A DNA stretch of 64,000 nt from an uncultured Rickettsiales bacterium (lineage in GTDB: Bacteria; Pseudomonadota; Alphaproteobacteria; Rs-D84), in contig CAMWQN010000003.1 in NCBI GenBank assembly GCA_947176385.1, positions 3,230 to 67,229 on the forward strand, read 5' to 3'. Of the stretch, positions 55,982 to 64,000 are shown one piece after another. Position 1 is the stretch's first letter. Each line of letters starts with the position of its first letter. Under the pieces are notes generated by a model. That model had not been told where the DNA came from. It made no database searches and was given only the letters and a program-made list of their open reading frames with translations. The position numbers were made by a program, and so were the translations under genes.

Positions 55982-56899
55982 TTATTGTTTGGCAACCCCA
56001 TATACATACCACATAAAACCACCTGTTGACATTGATTGTGCAAATGTTTTAAATGTGCTTATCGTTCTGTTTGTGACGCAAAATGAACGGTATGATGCAT
56101 CAATACCTATAGATTCGCCTATACCCGTTTTTTGAACTTGATAGTTTGCATCTTGCATTTTTATGGGCAGTGTAATTGTAACATACGTATCATTGGCAGT
56201 TGACACTGTTCCGCCTTGTTCAACCCAGCCGCTGGCATATTTACGGTACCAGGTATAATTGTTTTCTGCTGTTGGCATTTGCGATTCAATTACATAATCC
56301 ATATTATCTGGCAGGGTGGGAATGTTTATGTTTTGAACTTGGTCAGCCAATTGAGAGATGCTTACGCTTAGCGCGGTAACCGTGGTTTCTAAATCTGACA
56401 GTCTGCTGTAAATTTGCGATAAATCCACAGATGCATCTGGTTGCTCTATAGCAATTCTCAACTCTTCAATTGTTGCCATGATTTGTGTAATTTGTTCGGA
56501 TATATTATCAATGGCATCTTTATTTGCTGCATCAGGCGACATTGGCAGGGCGGATTCTACTGCATCTTGCATATCTTTCAGAATTTCAATTATGTAATTC
56601 ATGTCCTGGTTATGCGTAATGGGACTGTATGGCGCAGTTATTTGATAATCAACCAGACGTTTTATTGGCAATTTGCGCTGGATGGTAATGACGCTGGGTT
56701 GTTTGGGTGGCTTGGTGAACTGAACTGCACCACCACTGAATGGTACGTCTGCATTTAATCCATTTTTTATGCACAGCAGATTATAATTTGTTGCCGGTTG
56801 ACCATCGACTTCGATAATTACATCGCTTTTTAAAAAGAACGGAAATGTAAAATGGAAAATCTTGGTCTGCCCATCGGCTATAAAAGTAATTGTTTTCAT
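55982..56899 (-). CDS. Phage tail-fibre-like protein (lone)
   Basis: 305 aa from ATG 56899. The N-terminal FIADGQTKIFHFTFPF...VDG resembles tail-fibre N-domains, followed by a central coiled coil. The C-terminal WYRKYASGWVEQGG...ITLPIKM resembles gp53-like tail-fibre tip domains. No other phage genes are nearby. Confidence 0.55.
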   Translation of the reverse strand: MKTITFIADGQTKIFHFTFPFFLKSDVIIEVDGQPATNYNLLCIKNGLNADVPFSGGAVQFTKPPKQPSVITIQRKLPIKRLVDYQITAPYSPITHNQDMNYIIEILKDMQDAVESALPMSPDAANKDAIDNISEQITQIMATIEELRIAIEQPDASVDLSQIYSRLSDLETTVTALSVSISQLADQVQNINIPTLPDNMDYVIESQMPTAENNYTWYRKYASGWVEQGGTVSTANDTYVTITLPIKMQDANYQVQKTGIGESIGIDASYRSFCVTNRTISTFKTFAQSMSTGGFMWYVYGVAKQ

Positions 56900-56914
56900 G
56901 TGATTCCCTTTTGA

Positions 56915-56986
56915 AATAAAAAAGCCCCCGCAGATGCAGGGGACAAAATTCACAGGACATAACGAACATATCTATGTCCTTTCTTA
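56915..56986 (-). promoter_or_regulatory. Two-hairpin leader or small RNA ending in a terminator-like stem plus U-tract, 20 nt upstream of the tail-fibre-like gene
   Basis: Minus strand carries a TTGATT-N17-TAAAAT promoter (57021-56993), an AGGACATA/TATGTCCT hairpin (56980-56954), then CCCCTGC-ATCT-GCGGGGG and CTTTTTT (56942-56915). Confidence 0.35.
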
Positions 56987-57040
56987 ATTTGAATTTTATC
57001 ATAAAATCGCTTTAAAATCAACGAGATAGTTTATGTTTTG

Positions 57041-57067
57041 ACAAAAAAATCGCCATTATGGCGATTT
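57041..57067 (-). terminator. Intrinsic terminator of the ArsR/CadC-like gene
   Basis: Minus strand reads AAATCGCCA-TAA-TGGCGATTT followed by TTTTTGTC. Confidence 0.7.
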
Positions 57068-57126
57068 AAATTGTTGAAAACAACAGACTTGAAGTTATGG
57101 GTCTGAAATATTTAATTTTGTGCCGG

Positions 57127-57492
57127 CTATTTAATGCAAGAAATTGCCATAACGCGTTCAATGGTTTTGTGTAACAATTTGACTTGTGATGTTTTTGCTG
57201 CTTGGTAATATGTTTCTTTGCCGTCACGGCGCGAAATGATTAAGTTACTACGTTTTAAGAAACGCAAATGGTGGGCAATCGCTGGACTGGACATATTCAT
57301 GATTGCTGCAATGTTTATAACACACTCCTCGCGATGACATAATAACCAAAATATACGCAGGCGTGTCATATCCCCCAGATTCCAAAACATATCGGATACA
57401 ACCTTAAAATCCGCCACGGCGCATAACTGTGTATGCACATTTTCGGTATTTTTATTTTTGCCGTGATTATGTGGCAAATCAAACTTTTTCAT
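57127..57492 (-). CDS. ArsR/SmtB-family metalloregulator (CadC-like)
   Basis: 121 aa. LRIFWLLCHREECVINIAAIMNMSSPAIAHHLRFLK is a typical ArsR wHTH. Divergent from the HMA/P-type ATPase genes. Confidence 0.8.
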   Translation of the reverse strand: MKKFDLPHNHGKNKNTENVHTQLCAVADFKVVSDMFWNLGDMTRLRIFWLLCHREECVINIAAIMNMSSPAIAHHLRFLKRSNLIISRRDGKETYYQAAKTSQVKLLHKTIERVMAISCIK

Positions 57493-57593
57493 ATCAAATC
57501 CTGTTGGTTTGAAATTTTTGCTTGCATTCCTAAAACAATTATATCACAATCAAAACAATTAAACAAATACTTAATCGTTAAAGGGGTATTAAA

Positions 57594-57812
57594 ATGAAGA
57601 AAATATATAAAATAGAAGTAGATTGCGCTAACTGCGCCAATTTAATGGAAGATGCTGCTAAACGGGTTCCGGGTGTACAAAACGCATCTGTGAATTTTAT
57701 GGCACAAAAAATGACGATTGAATTTGCCGCAGATCAAGATGAAGAGACTGTTATGGCGGCGGTTGTTCGTGCCTGTAAAAAAGTAGAACCGGAGTGCGAA
57801 ATCGTTTTATAA
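57594..57812 (+). CDS. Heavy-metal-associated (HMA) domain protein
   Basis: 72 aa with a CANC (CxxC) motif in a ferredoxin-like HMA fold context (KIEVDCANCANLMEDA). Confidence 0.7.
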   Translation: MKKIYKIEVDCANCANLMEDAAKRVPGVQNASVNFMAQKMTIEFAADQDEETVMAAVVRACKKVEPECEIVL

Positions 57813-57818
57813 GTATCG

Positions 57819-59789
57819 GTGGAAATCATGCAGGAAATTATAATAAATTCTGTTCTGGCATTTGTTGTATTGATGGCTATGTTTGTTCGTTTTGGTGTGC
57901 GTGACGCGTCGCGCCGCCAAAAAACAATGATGACGCGCATACTGATATCCAGTGCTATGTTGCTGGGCTTGCAATTTGTGCCGTCATTGCCATACTTGGT
58001 TCGGTTTGGCTTATATTTTATCGCATATTTGATTATCGGATATGATATTTTACGCAAAGCATGCAAAGGTATTTTGAATCGCCAGATTTTTGATGAGAAT
58101 TTTTTAATGGCTGTGGCGACCATTGGTGCAATGGTCTTGGCTGTATATGAAAACGGCGATTATATAGAGGCGATAGCCGTTATGTTGTTTTATCAAATTG
58201 GCGAGTGGTTTCAATCCTATGCTGTTGGGAAAAGCCGCCGCAATATCAGTGAATTGATGGATATACGCCCAGATTATGCCAATATTGAGTGCAAGGACAA
58301 ATTGGTGCGCACGGATCCGGCATCGATCAAAATTGGCGATACAATCGTGGTGAATCCTGGCGAGAAAGTGCCGATTGACGGCGTTGTGCTGACTGGTCAC
58401 AGCAGTTTGAACACCAGTTCCCTTACCGGCGAAAGTATGCCACGCACGATTGTGCCTGGTGATGTGGTGATCAGTGGTTGCATCAATATGACCGGCATGA
58501 TAAAAGTCAAAACGACAAAAGATTTTGGCGAATCCACTGTGTCCAAGATTTTGGATTTGGTTGAAAATGCGAGTTCCAACAAATCAAAATCTGAAAACTT
58601 TATCTCTAAATTTGCACGGATTTATACACCGGCTGTTTGCTATGCCGCTTTGTCGTTGGCAGTTTTTCCGCCTGTGTATCGTATGTTTGCGCTTGGGCTG
58701 TCGCCAGATTGGGGTGTATGGATTTATCGGGCGTTGACATTTTTAGTTATCAGTTGCCCATGCGCATTGGTTATCAGCATACCGCTTAGCTTCTTTGCGG
58801 GTATCGGTGGCGCATCACGCCAGGGAATTTTGATTAAGGGATCCAATTACCTTGAAATTTTATCACATGTCAAGACAGTTGTATTTGATAAAACCGGCAC
58901 ATTAACCCAGGGCGTATTTGTTGTAAATGCCGTGCATCATAATGTGCGCGCAGAGCAAAAACTGATTGAATATGCCGCCCTGACCGAAAGCGCATCATCA
59001 CATCCGGTGGCAAAAAGCCTGCAACACGCCTATGGTAAAACAATAGACCGCGGTCGCATTACGGATATACAGGAAATCAGCGGTCATGGTATCATCGCCA
59101 CGGTTGATGGTATGACGGTTGTCGCTGGCAATGATAAACTAATGAAAAAGTTAAAAATTCGGCACATAGACTGTCATCAAACTGGTACTATTATCCACAT
59201 GGCGATTGACGGTAAGTATGAGGGGCATATCGTTATATCCGACGTGATTAAACCAATGTCCTGCACTGCGATTGCCGCATTGCGTGCCAATGGAATACAG
59301 CAAACGGTTATGTTGACCGGGGACGCAACCGCGGTTGCCAATGTAGTGGCGGAAGAGTTAAAAATAGACCAAGTGTACAGTAACCTGTTGCCGGCTGATA
59401 AAGTGGCGATAGTAGAAAATTTGCTGTCGGATAAAGGGCGCACCGGCAAATTGGCATTTGTGGGCGACGGCATAAATGATGCCCCGGTATTGTCGCGTGC
59501 TGATATTGGCATTGCCATGGGTGCATGCGGATCTGATGCGGCGATAGAAGCGGCTGATATTGTTATCATGGACGATGACCCATTAAAAATTGCAACTGCA
59601 ATGCAGATTTCAAAAAAGTGCCTGCGCATTGTTTATCAAAATATTATCCTAGCACTGGGGGTTAAGGCAGCGTGTTTGTTGCTTGGTGCGTTTGGCATTG
59701 CCAATATGTACATGGCGATTTTCGCAGATGTTGGTGTTATGATATTGACCATATTAAACGCCATACGATGCTTGTTTATCAAGAAATAA
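57819..59789 (+). CDS. Heavy-metal (Cd/Zn/Pb-type) P1B-type ATPase
   Basis: 656 aa with a CPC TM motif (SCPCALVIS), DKTGTLT, GDGINDAP and HP (SSHPVAK). An alternative start is ATG 57828. Confidence 0.9.
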   Translation: MEIMQEIIINSVLAFVVLMAMFVRFGVRDASRRQKTMMTRILISSAMLLGLQFVPSLPYLVRFGLYFIAYLIIGYDILRKACKGILNRQIFDENFLMAVATIGAMVLAVYENGDYIEAIAVMLFYQIGEWFQSYAVGKSRRNISELMDIRPDYANIECKDKLVRTDPASIKIGDTIVVNPGEKVPIDGVVLTGHSSLNTSSLTGESMPRTIVPGDVVISGCINMTGMIKVKTTKDFGESTVSKILDLVENASSNKSKSENFISKFARIYTPAVCYAALSLAVFPPVYRMFALGLSPDWGVWIYRALTFLVISCPCALVISIPLSFFAGIGGASRQGILIKGSNYLEILSHVKTVVFDKTGTLTQGVFVVNAVHHNVRAEQKLIEYAALTESASSHPVAKSLQHAYGKTIDRGRITDIQEISGHGIIATVDGMTVVAGNDKLMKKLKIRHIDCHQTGTIIHMAIDGKYEGHIVISDVIKPMSCTAIAALRANGIQQTVMLTGDATAVANVVAEELKIDQVYSNLLPADKVAIVENLLSDKGRTGKLAFVGDGINDAPVLSRADIGIAMGACGSDAAIEAADIVIMDDDPLKIATAMQISKKCLRIVYQNIILALGVKAACLLLGAFGIANMYMAIFADVGVMILTILNAIRCLFIKK

Positions 59790-59791
59790 AA

Positions 59792-59820
59792 AAATGCCCC
59801 AGATTGGGGCATTTGAATTT
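59792..59820 (+). terminator. Intrinsic terminator of the P-type ATPase gene
   Basis: AAATGCCCCA-GAT-TGGGGCATTT followed by GAATTTT. Confidence 0.75.
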
Positions 59821-59826
59821 TGAGGG

Positions 59827-59940
59827 AATTCATCGGGGGTGATATATGCATATCGCCCCACGCTGGAACTGCGCAAATTTGCGCGTTCACGCAACCGGCA
59901 TGTTTCCACATGTCTATTTGCTTGTTTGAACCCCCGACAC
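59827..59940 (+). repeat. GGGGGTG...CCCCC repeat element, copy B (right flank of the island)
   Basis: AATTCATCGGGGGTGATAT...GCTTGTTTGAACCCCCGACAC. Same orientation as copy A, with internal hairpins GGGGTGATAT/ATATCGCCCC and GCGCAAATTTGCGC. Confidence 0.6.
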
Positions 59941-60223
59941 GCGGATTATGATATTTCTGAACTAAAAACATAAAACCGCAGATTTCTGGGCGATTGATGA
60001 ATATTTGTCGATAAAATTACAAAGCCCGTGTAGCCGCTGTGTAGACCCACACATACAATTTCACTTATATCGTTTATATCGCCCTGTAGTTTTATCCGCA
60101 CCTCTGGCTCTGACATATTCCATTTTGAGCTGTGTCCAGCCCATAATAAATAGCCCCACAAAGATATTCTGCTGGATTAAATCAAACAATTCGTCTAACA
60201 TCATGGCAAGGAAAGGATTTTGA

Positions 60224-61156
60224 TTGATTGCTATACCAGCGCGATTGCCGGAATATTCAGATTGCAAGCCTGTATTAAAATGGGCCGGCGGCAAGGGGCA
60301 ATTGCTGGATCAAATCGAACAAAAACTGCCATTAAAACTGAAGATGGGCGGCATAAAACGCTACATAGAACCATTTGTTGGTGGTGGTGCCGTATTCTTT
60401 GATATATATAACAACTATCCAATCAAAGAAGCCTTTCTGTTTGATGTAAACCCAGAACTGGTCATTCTGTATAATGTCATCAAACACGATGTTGAAAGTC
60501 TGATACTGGAACTAAACAAGATTCAGACCGAATACCGTTTGACCGCGGATGCCAAGGCCTATTATTACGCCAGACGTGATGAATATAATTCGCTGGACAA
60601 GAACGTTGATGCTAACACTTATCGGACGTCATTTGTTCGCCGGGCGGCGTTGACCATATTCTTGAACCGGACTTGTTTTAATGGATTGTTCCGTGTAAAC
60701 AGCAAGAATCAGTTTAATGTGCCAATGGGCAAATATACAAATCCGCGTATTTTGGATGAAGACAACCTGCGCAATGTGTCCGAGGCACTGCAAATAGCGA
60801 CCATTACGCAATGTGATTTTGCGCGTGCGGCGGACTTTGTGACACCAGACACATTTATATATTATGACCCACCGTATCGCCCAATTCGTGAAACATCATC
60901 ATTCAATTCATATGCAGTTGGCGATTTTGATGATGATGAGCAAATACGTCTGAAAACAATATTTGATAAATGTCATCATGCCGGCGCATTGCAGATGCTC
61001 AGCAATTCAGACCCAACGAATTATGCTGACGATCCGTTCTTTGACGATTTGTACCGTGATTATAATATAAATCGAATTCCGGCCAAGCGCATGATAAATG
61101 CTAAAGCGGACGGACGTGGCGAAATTCACGAGTTGTTGATTACGAATTATGACTAA
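60224..61156 (+). CDS. Dam-family N6-adenine DNA methyltransferase (DpnM/MboIA-like, probably GATC)
   Basis: KPVLKWAGGKGQLL (motif X/I region), FVGGGAVFF and YYDPPY (motif IV). Non-ATG (TTG) start assumed. Confidence 0.85.
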   Translation: MIAIPARLPEYSDCKPVLKWAGGKGQLLDQIEQKLPLKLKMGGIKRYIEPFVGGGAVFFDIYNNYPIKEAFLFDVNPELVILYNVIKHDVESLILELNKIQTEYRLTADAKAYYYARRDEYNSLDKNVDANTYRTSFVRRAALTIFLNRTCFNGLFRVNSKNQFNVPMGKYTNPRILDEDNLRNVSEALQIATITQCDFARAADFVTPDTFIYYDPPYRPIRETSSFNSYAVGDFDDDEQIRLKTIFDKCHHAGALQMLSNSDPTNYADDPFFDDLYRDYNINRIPAKRMINAKADGRGEIHELLITNYD

Positions 61157-61934
61157 AAAGCAATACCGTCTTTATTGTGCCAATTGCTTGGAAAAATTGG
61201 CAGAAATCCCAGAAAATACATTTGATATGATTTTTGCAGACCCACCGTACATGCTGTCCAACGGCGGTATTACGTGTCAAAATGGGTGCGTGGTTTCTGT
61301 GAACAAAGGCGACTGGGATAAATCGCATGGTCTAAGTGAGGATTTTGAGTTTCATAAGAAATGGCTTTGTGCGTGTCATCGCGTACTGAAACCGAATGGA
61401 ACATTATGGGTCAGTGGTACATATCACAGTATATATTCGTGTGGCTTTGCGATGCAGTTGCTGGGCTTTCATATACTGAACGACATTGCATGGTTTAAGC
61501 CGAATGCCAGCCCGAATATGTCGTGCCGCTATTTTACAGCCAGTCATGAAACGTTGTTGTGGGCGCGAAAGTCAAAAAATGCAAAACACACGTTCAATTA
61601 TGAAGCGATGAAAAACGGTTCTTTCCCAAAGGATTTTATAAAAAAGCCTGATTGCCAAATGCGTAGCGTTTGGGCAATCGGAACACCGACCAAGTCTGAA
61701 AAGGTATATGGCAAGCACCCAACCCAGAAACCGGTTGAATTATTGGAACGTATTGTTCTGGCATCTACGAATCCCGGCGATTTGATTTTAGACCCATTTA
61801 TGGGCAGTGGCACAACCGGTGTCGCAGCACTGAAACACGGACGGCGGTTTGTCGGCATAGACATGGAATCACAATTTGTTGAATTGGCCGAAAAAAGATT
61901 ATATGATGCATCTGAAAAGAAGGATAAAAAATGA
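61149..61934 (+). CDS. Beta-class N6A/N4C DNA methyltransferase (DpnA-like second methylase)
   Basis: MIFADPPYMLSNGG...VSVNKGDWDK...GKHPTQKPVELLERI...LDPFMGSGTTG closely parallels my recollection of DpnA. Overlaps both neighbouring genes. Confidence 0.85.
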   Translation: MTKKQYRLYCANCLEKLAEIPENTFDMIFADPPYMLSNGGITCQNGCVVSVNKGDWDKSHGLSEDFEFHKKWLCACHRVLKPNGTLWVSGTYHSIYSCGFAMQLLGFHILNDIAWFKPNASPNMSCRYFTASHETLLWARKSKNAKHTFNYEAMKNGSFPKDFIKKPDCQMRSVWAIGTPTKSEKVYGKHPTQKPVELLERIVLASTNPGDLILDPFMGSGTTGVAALKHGRRFVGIDMESQFVELAEKRLYDASEKKDKK

Positions 61935-62467
61935 AGGCAAATGGGATTGGTGGCGCGAACACGAAAACAGGACTGGTTTTTGAAGGTAAGACTGATTTGC
62001 GCACTTTTTTGTGTTCTCAGCCTGGATATAGTTGTGTGGATAACAAACAAGGTTGGGTCACCGTTTTGTATAATGGCGAGGATGTCGCATCCATTTTCAA
62101 GAAAACAGCCTTATATAAATTTTTAGAATATCGCGAGATTGATTGGCGTTCCATTTTATCCAAACGTCTGTTTCCGGATGATTCTATATATGTTGTCATC
62201 AACAATACGTTCTTTATAATTGAATGTAAGTTTCAACAGGTTTCCGGCTCTGTGGACGAAAAACTGCAAACCTGTGATTTTAAGAAAAAGCAATATAAGA
62301 AACTGTTGGCCCAGTTGAATATGGAGGTGGAATATATCTACCTGCTCAGCGACTGGTTCAAACAACCGTGCTATCAAGATGTATTGGATTACATCGTTTC
62401 GGTGGGGTGTTCGTACTATTTTGAATATATTCCATTACAAAAGTTTGGGTTACCAGTACCGAGATAA
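61931..62467 (+). CDS. Putative PD-(D/E)XK type II restriction endonuclease (178 aa, unlike DpnII/MboI)
   Basis: FPDDSIYVVINNTFFIIECKFQ fits PD-x15-ExK. ATGA overlap with the second methylase gene. Confidence 0.5.
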   Translation: MKANGIGGANTKTGLVFEGKTDLRTFLCSQPGYSCVDNKQGWVTVLYNGEDVASIFKKTALYKFLEYREIDWRSILSKRLFPDDSIYVVINNTFFIIECKFQQVSGSVDEKLQTCDFKKKQYKKLLAQLNMEVEYIYLLSDWFKQPCYQDVLDYIVSVGCSYYFEYIPLQKFGLPVPR

Positions 62468-62489
62468 TAACACAAAAGGACTTTTTGTT

Positions 62490-63551
62490 ATGACGAAAGA
62501 ATTAGAATTATATGAAAATACGATAGAAGGAGCTGAAGATGAGCCTATCCTTCCGCCTAGCGATATTTTTACTACGAATGAAATTCGGTCTTGTGCTGAA
62601 TTATATCGAATGGTTCACGAAAATAGCCTGAATACCCAACCAGAGTATCAGAGAAATGTTGTATGGAATAATGCGGATAAAACCAGATTTATTGACTCTT
62701 TGGCAAAGCGTTTACCTATCCCTAGCTTATGTATAAGCGTATCTAACGAAAAATACGAAGTGATAGATGGACAACAGCGCATATCAGCGATTGTTTCCTT
62801 TTTAAACGAAAATTCGGATGCTGATTGGCGATTGTCTCATTTGAGTGATGTTGATCCTAAACTAAGTGGAAAAAAAGTATCAGAAATAAGAAAGTCTGAA
62901 CCAGAATTATATTCTCGTATAAGGAATACTATGTTGCCGGTTACATCTGTATATTGTGATTATTCTCGTTCTGAGCACTTGGAGTATATCTATAAAATAT
63001 TTCACAGACTAAATACAGGCGGTCTAACTTTAAATAATCAAGAAATTAGAAATTGTGTATTTTTCGGACCATTTAATAGTCTTATCAAAACTCTGGATAG
63101 CAATGAAAATTGGTTAAAAATCATGAAGGGGGTTGCCGGTAGTAATCGATTAAAAGGTCAAGAAAGAATATTGATGTTTTTTGCTTTTGTGGACTCATTA
63201 AGTGAATACACCGGAAGATTGACCACTTTTTTGAATACTTATATGATAGAGAATAGAAATTTGACAGAAGACGCAATTTCTACAAAAAGTCAGCTGTTTC
63301 ATCGTGTGCTTGCTATAGCAAAAAACATAAAATATGGAAAAAATTCTAGAGTTATGATGGATGCGATTTTGTATGGAATCGCTAAAAATATTGACAGACT
63401 CGAAACCAAGTCTAAGGAAGAAATAATAGATATGTACAATGAGTTAATATGCGCCCCCGAATTTAACTCGGAAAGTCTGTCTGAAGGCTTATGGCAAAAA
63501 GAAAGTGCTACTCGCAGATTAAATAAGGCAAAAGAGATATTTCAATGTTAA
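62490..63551 (+). CDS. DUF262 (ParB/GmrSD N-terminal-like) domain protein without a DUF1524 nuclease domain
   Basis: YQRNVVW...FIDSL...IPSLCI...VIDGQQRISAI (DGQQR motif) and FHRLNTGGLTLNNQEIRN. ATG 62490 is preferred (AAAGGA RBS) over the ORF-track start, which overlaps the nuclease gene. Confidence 0.8.
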   Translation: MTKELELYENTIEGAEDEPILPPSDIFTTNEIRSCAELYRMVHENSLNTQPEYQRNVVWNNADKTRFIDSLAKRLPIPSLCISVSNEKYEVIDGQQRISAIVSFLNENSDADWRLSHLSDVDPKLSGKKVSEIRKSEPELYSRIRNTMLPVTSVYCDYSRSEHLEYIYKIFHRLNTGGLTLNNQEIRNCVFFGPFNSLIKTLDSNENWLKIMKGVAGSNRLKGQERILMFFAFVDSLSEYTGRLTTFLNTYMIENRNLTEDAISTKSQLFHRVLAIAKNIKYGKNSRVMMDAILYGIAKNIDRLETKSKEEIIDMYNELICAPEFNSESLSEGLWQKESATRRLNKAKEIFQC

Positions 63552-64000
63552 ATAGCCGAACGGTTAAAAGTAATATTGACTTTTGTAACACTCTATTTGA
63601 TGCAGAAACAGACCCAATCAAGAAGCAATTTTTGATGAATATGGCATTACTGGAGCTTTGTGGCTGGATAGAATCTTCATTGGATGATATTTATTCTATG
63701 AATATTTGTTTGGGGCAACCGGATATACTTAAGAAGCAAATAGAAAAGACATATTCCTTTAACTACAATACAATAAAAGAAGTAATATCATTATGTCTAG
63801 GAGCTCATAAAACCCATCTTTTAGGAATCGAGTTTACCAGTAAATATGGGGAAGATTTTATACGTTTTAAATGTGCCATTAACGATTTACAAAAATATAG
63901 AAATATCAGCGCTCATAATAATGCAGATGCAGGACAAAGTCAAATAGGATTTACAAAGCTCAATAGTTATTTTCGTATTATCCGTCAAGGGCTCATATTT
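63545..64000 (+). CDS. HEPN-like protein (Rx4H motif), 3' end outside the window; not in the ORF track
   Basis: My own translation from ATG 63545 is MLNSRTVKSNIDFCNTLFDAETDPIKKQFLMNMALLELCGWIESSLDD...INDLQKYRNISAHNNADAG...RQGLIF, open to the window end. RNISAH matches the HEPN Rx4-6H motif. The start overlaps the DUF262 stop (ATGTTAA). Confidence 0.55.
   Translation, partial: MLNSRTVKSNIDFCNTLFDAETDPIKKQFLMNMALLELCGWIESSLDDIYSMNICLGQPDILKKQIEKTYSFNYNTIKEVISLCLGAHKTHLLGIEFTSKYGEDFIRFKCAINDLQKYRNISAHNNADAGQSQIGFTKLNSYFRIIRQGLIF

Noticed and set aside
57071-57086. A TTGTTGAAAACAACAG box between the arsR-like and tail-fibre-like genes, considered as a seventh regulator site linked to the virB3 array.
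   Set aside because: This single occurrence is itself a small palindrome (GTTG-AAAA-CAAC). It may simply be a hairpin, so it is mentioned in the array finding but not called as a site.
60061-60204. 47-aa minus-strand ORF (MMLDELFDLIQQNIF...) divergent from the Dam-like methylase, considered as an R-M controller protein.
   Set aside because: It has no Shine-Dalgarno sequence and no HTH-like sequence, it is hydrophobic in the middle, and it overlaps other equally poor ORFs. Evidence is insufficient.

Overview
This is an AT-rich (about 40% GC by eye), gene-dense chromosomal segment from a diderm bacterium. Several features hint at a host-associated or intracellular lifestyle: an isolated virB3-virB4 pair, an incomplete R64/PAPI-type IVb pilus cluster, and several short palindromic repeat families, one apparently in-frame inside a gene.

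Core genes: mnmG (3' end), rlmN, a surA-like gene, lptD, an lptF/G-family permease, nusA-infB, pheST-rplT-rpmI, mreC-mreD-mrdA-rodA, topA, dnaG, ychF, a DUF374 gene with lpxK-lpxC, gyrB, ung, an initiator-type tRNA-Met, and a 44-codon type-B L36 gene that falls below the ORF-track cutoff.

Accessory or unusual content:
- Three paralogous ~158-nt structured RNA genes, each with its own TTGCAA-N17-TATAAT promoter. I could not assign them to any RNA class I know.
- A GGGGGTG...CCCC(A)ACC repeat family. Two copies directly follow the RNA genes; two more, in direct orientation, bracket an 8.8-kb island next to a serine recombinase. That island carries LPS/sugar genes, a lone tail-fibre-like gene and an ArsR/HMA/Cd-Zn P-type ATPase module.
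- A four-helix-bundle gene (23S-rRNA-IVS-protein / Avd-like) enclosed by a 32-nt inverted repeat, located outside any rRNA. An identical 25-nt solo arm lies 33 kb away.
- A ~42-bp palindromic element present once as a terminator and once inside a DUF3781 ORF. The two copies flank an orphan radical-SAM gene.
- A tRNA-adjacent island with NT5C-like, GNAT, orf218+HNH and ABC-F genes.
- A DpnII-like two-methylase R-M operon with an atypically small PD-(D/E)XK nuclease, followed by a translationally coupled DUF262 + HEPN (Rx4H) pair that runs off the window.

No CRISPR array, rRNA gene or transposase was seen. All functional calls rest on motif recognition by eye; no database search was run.
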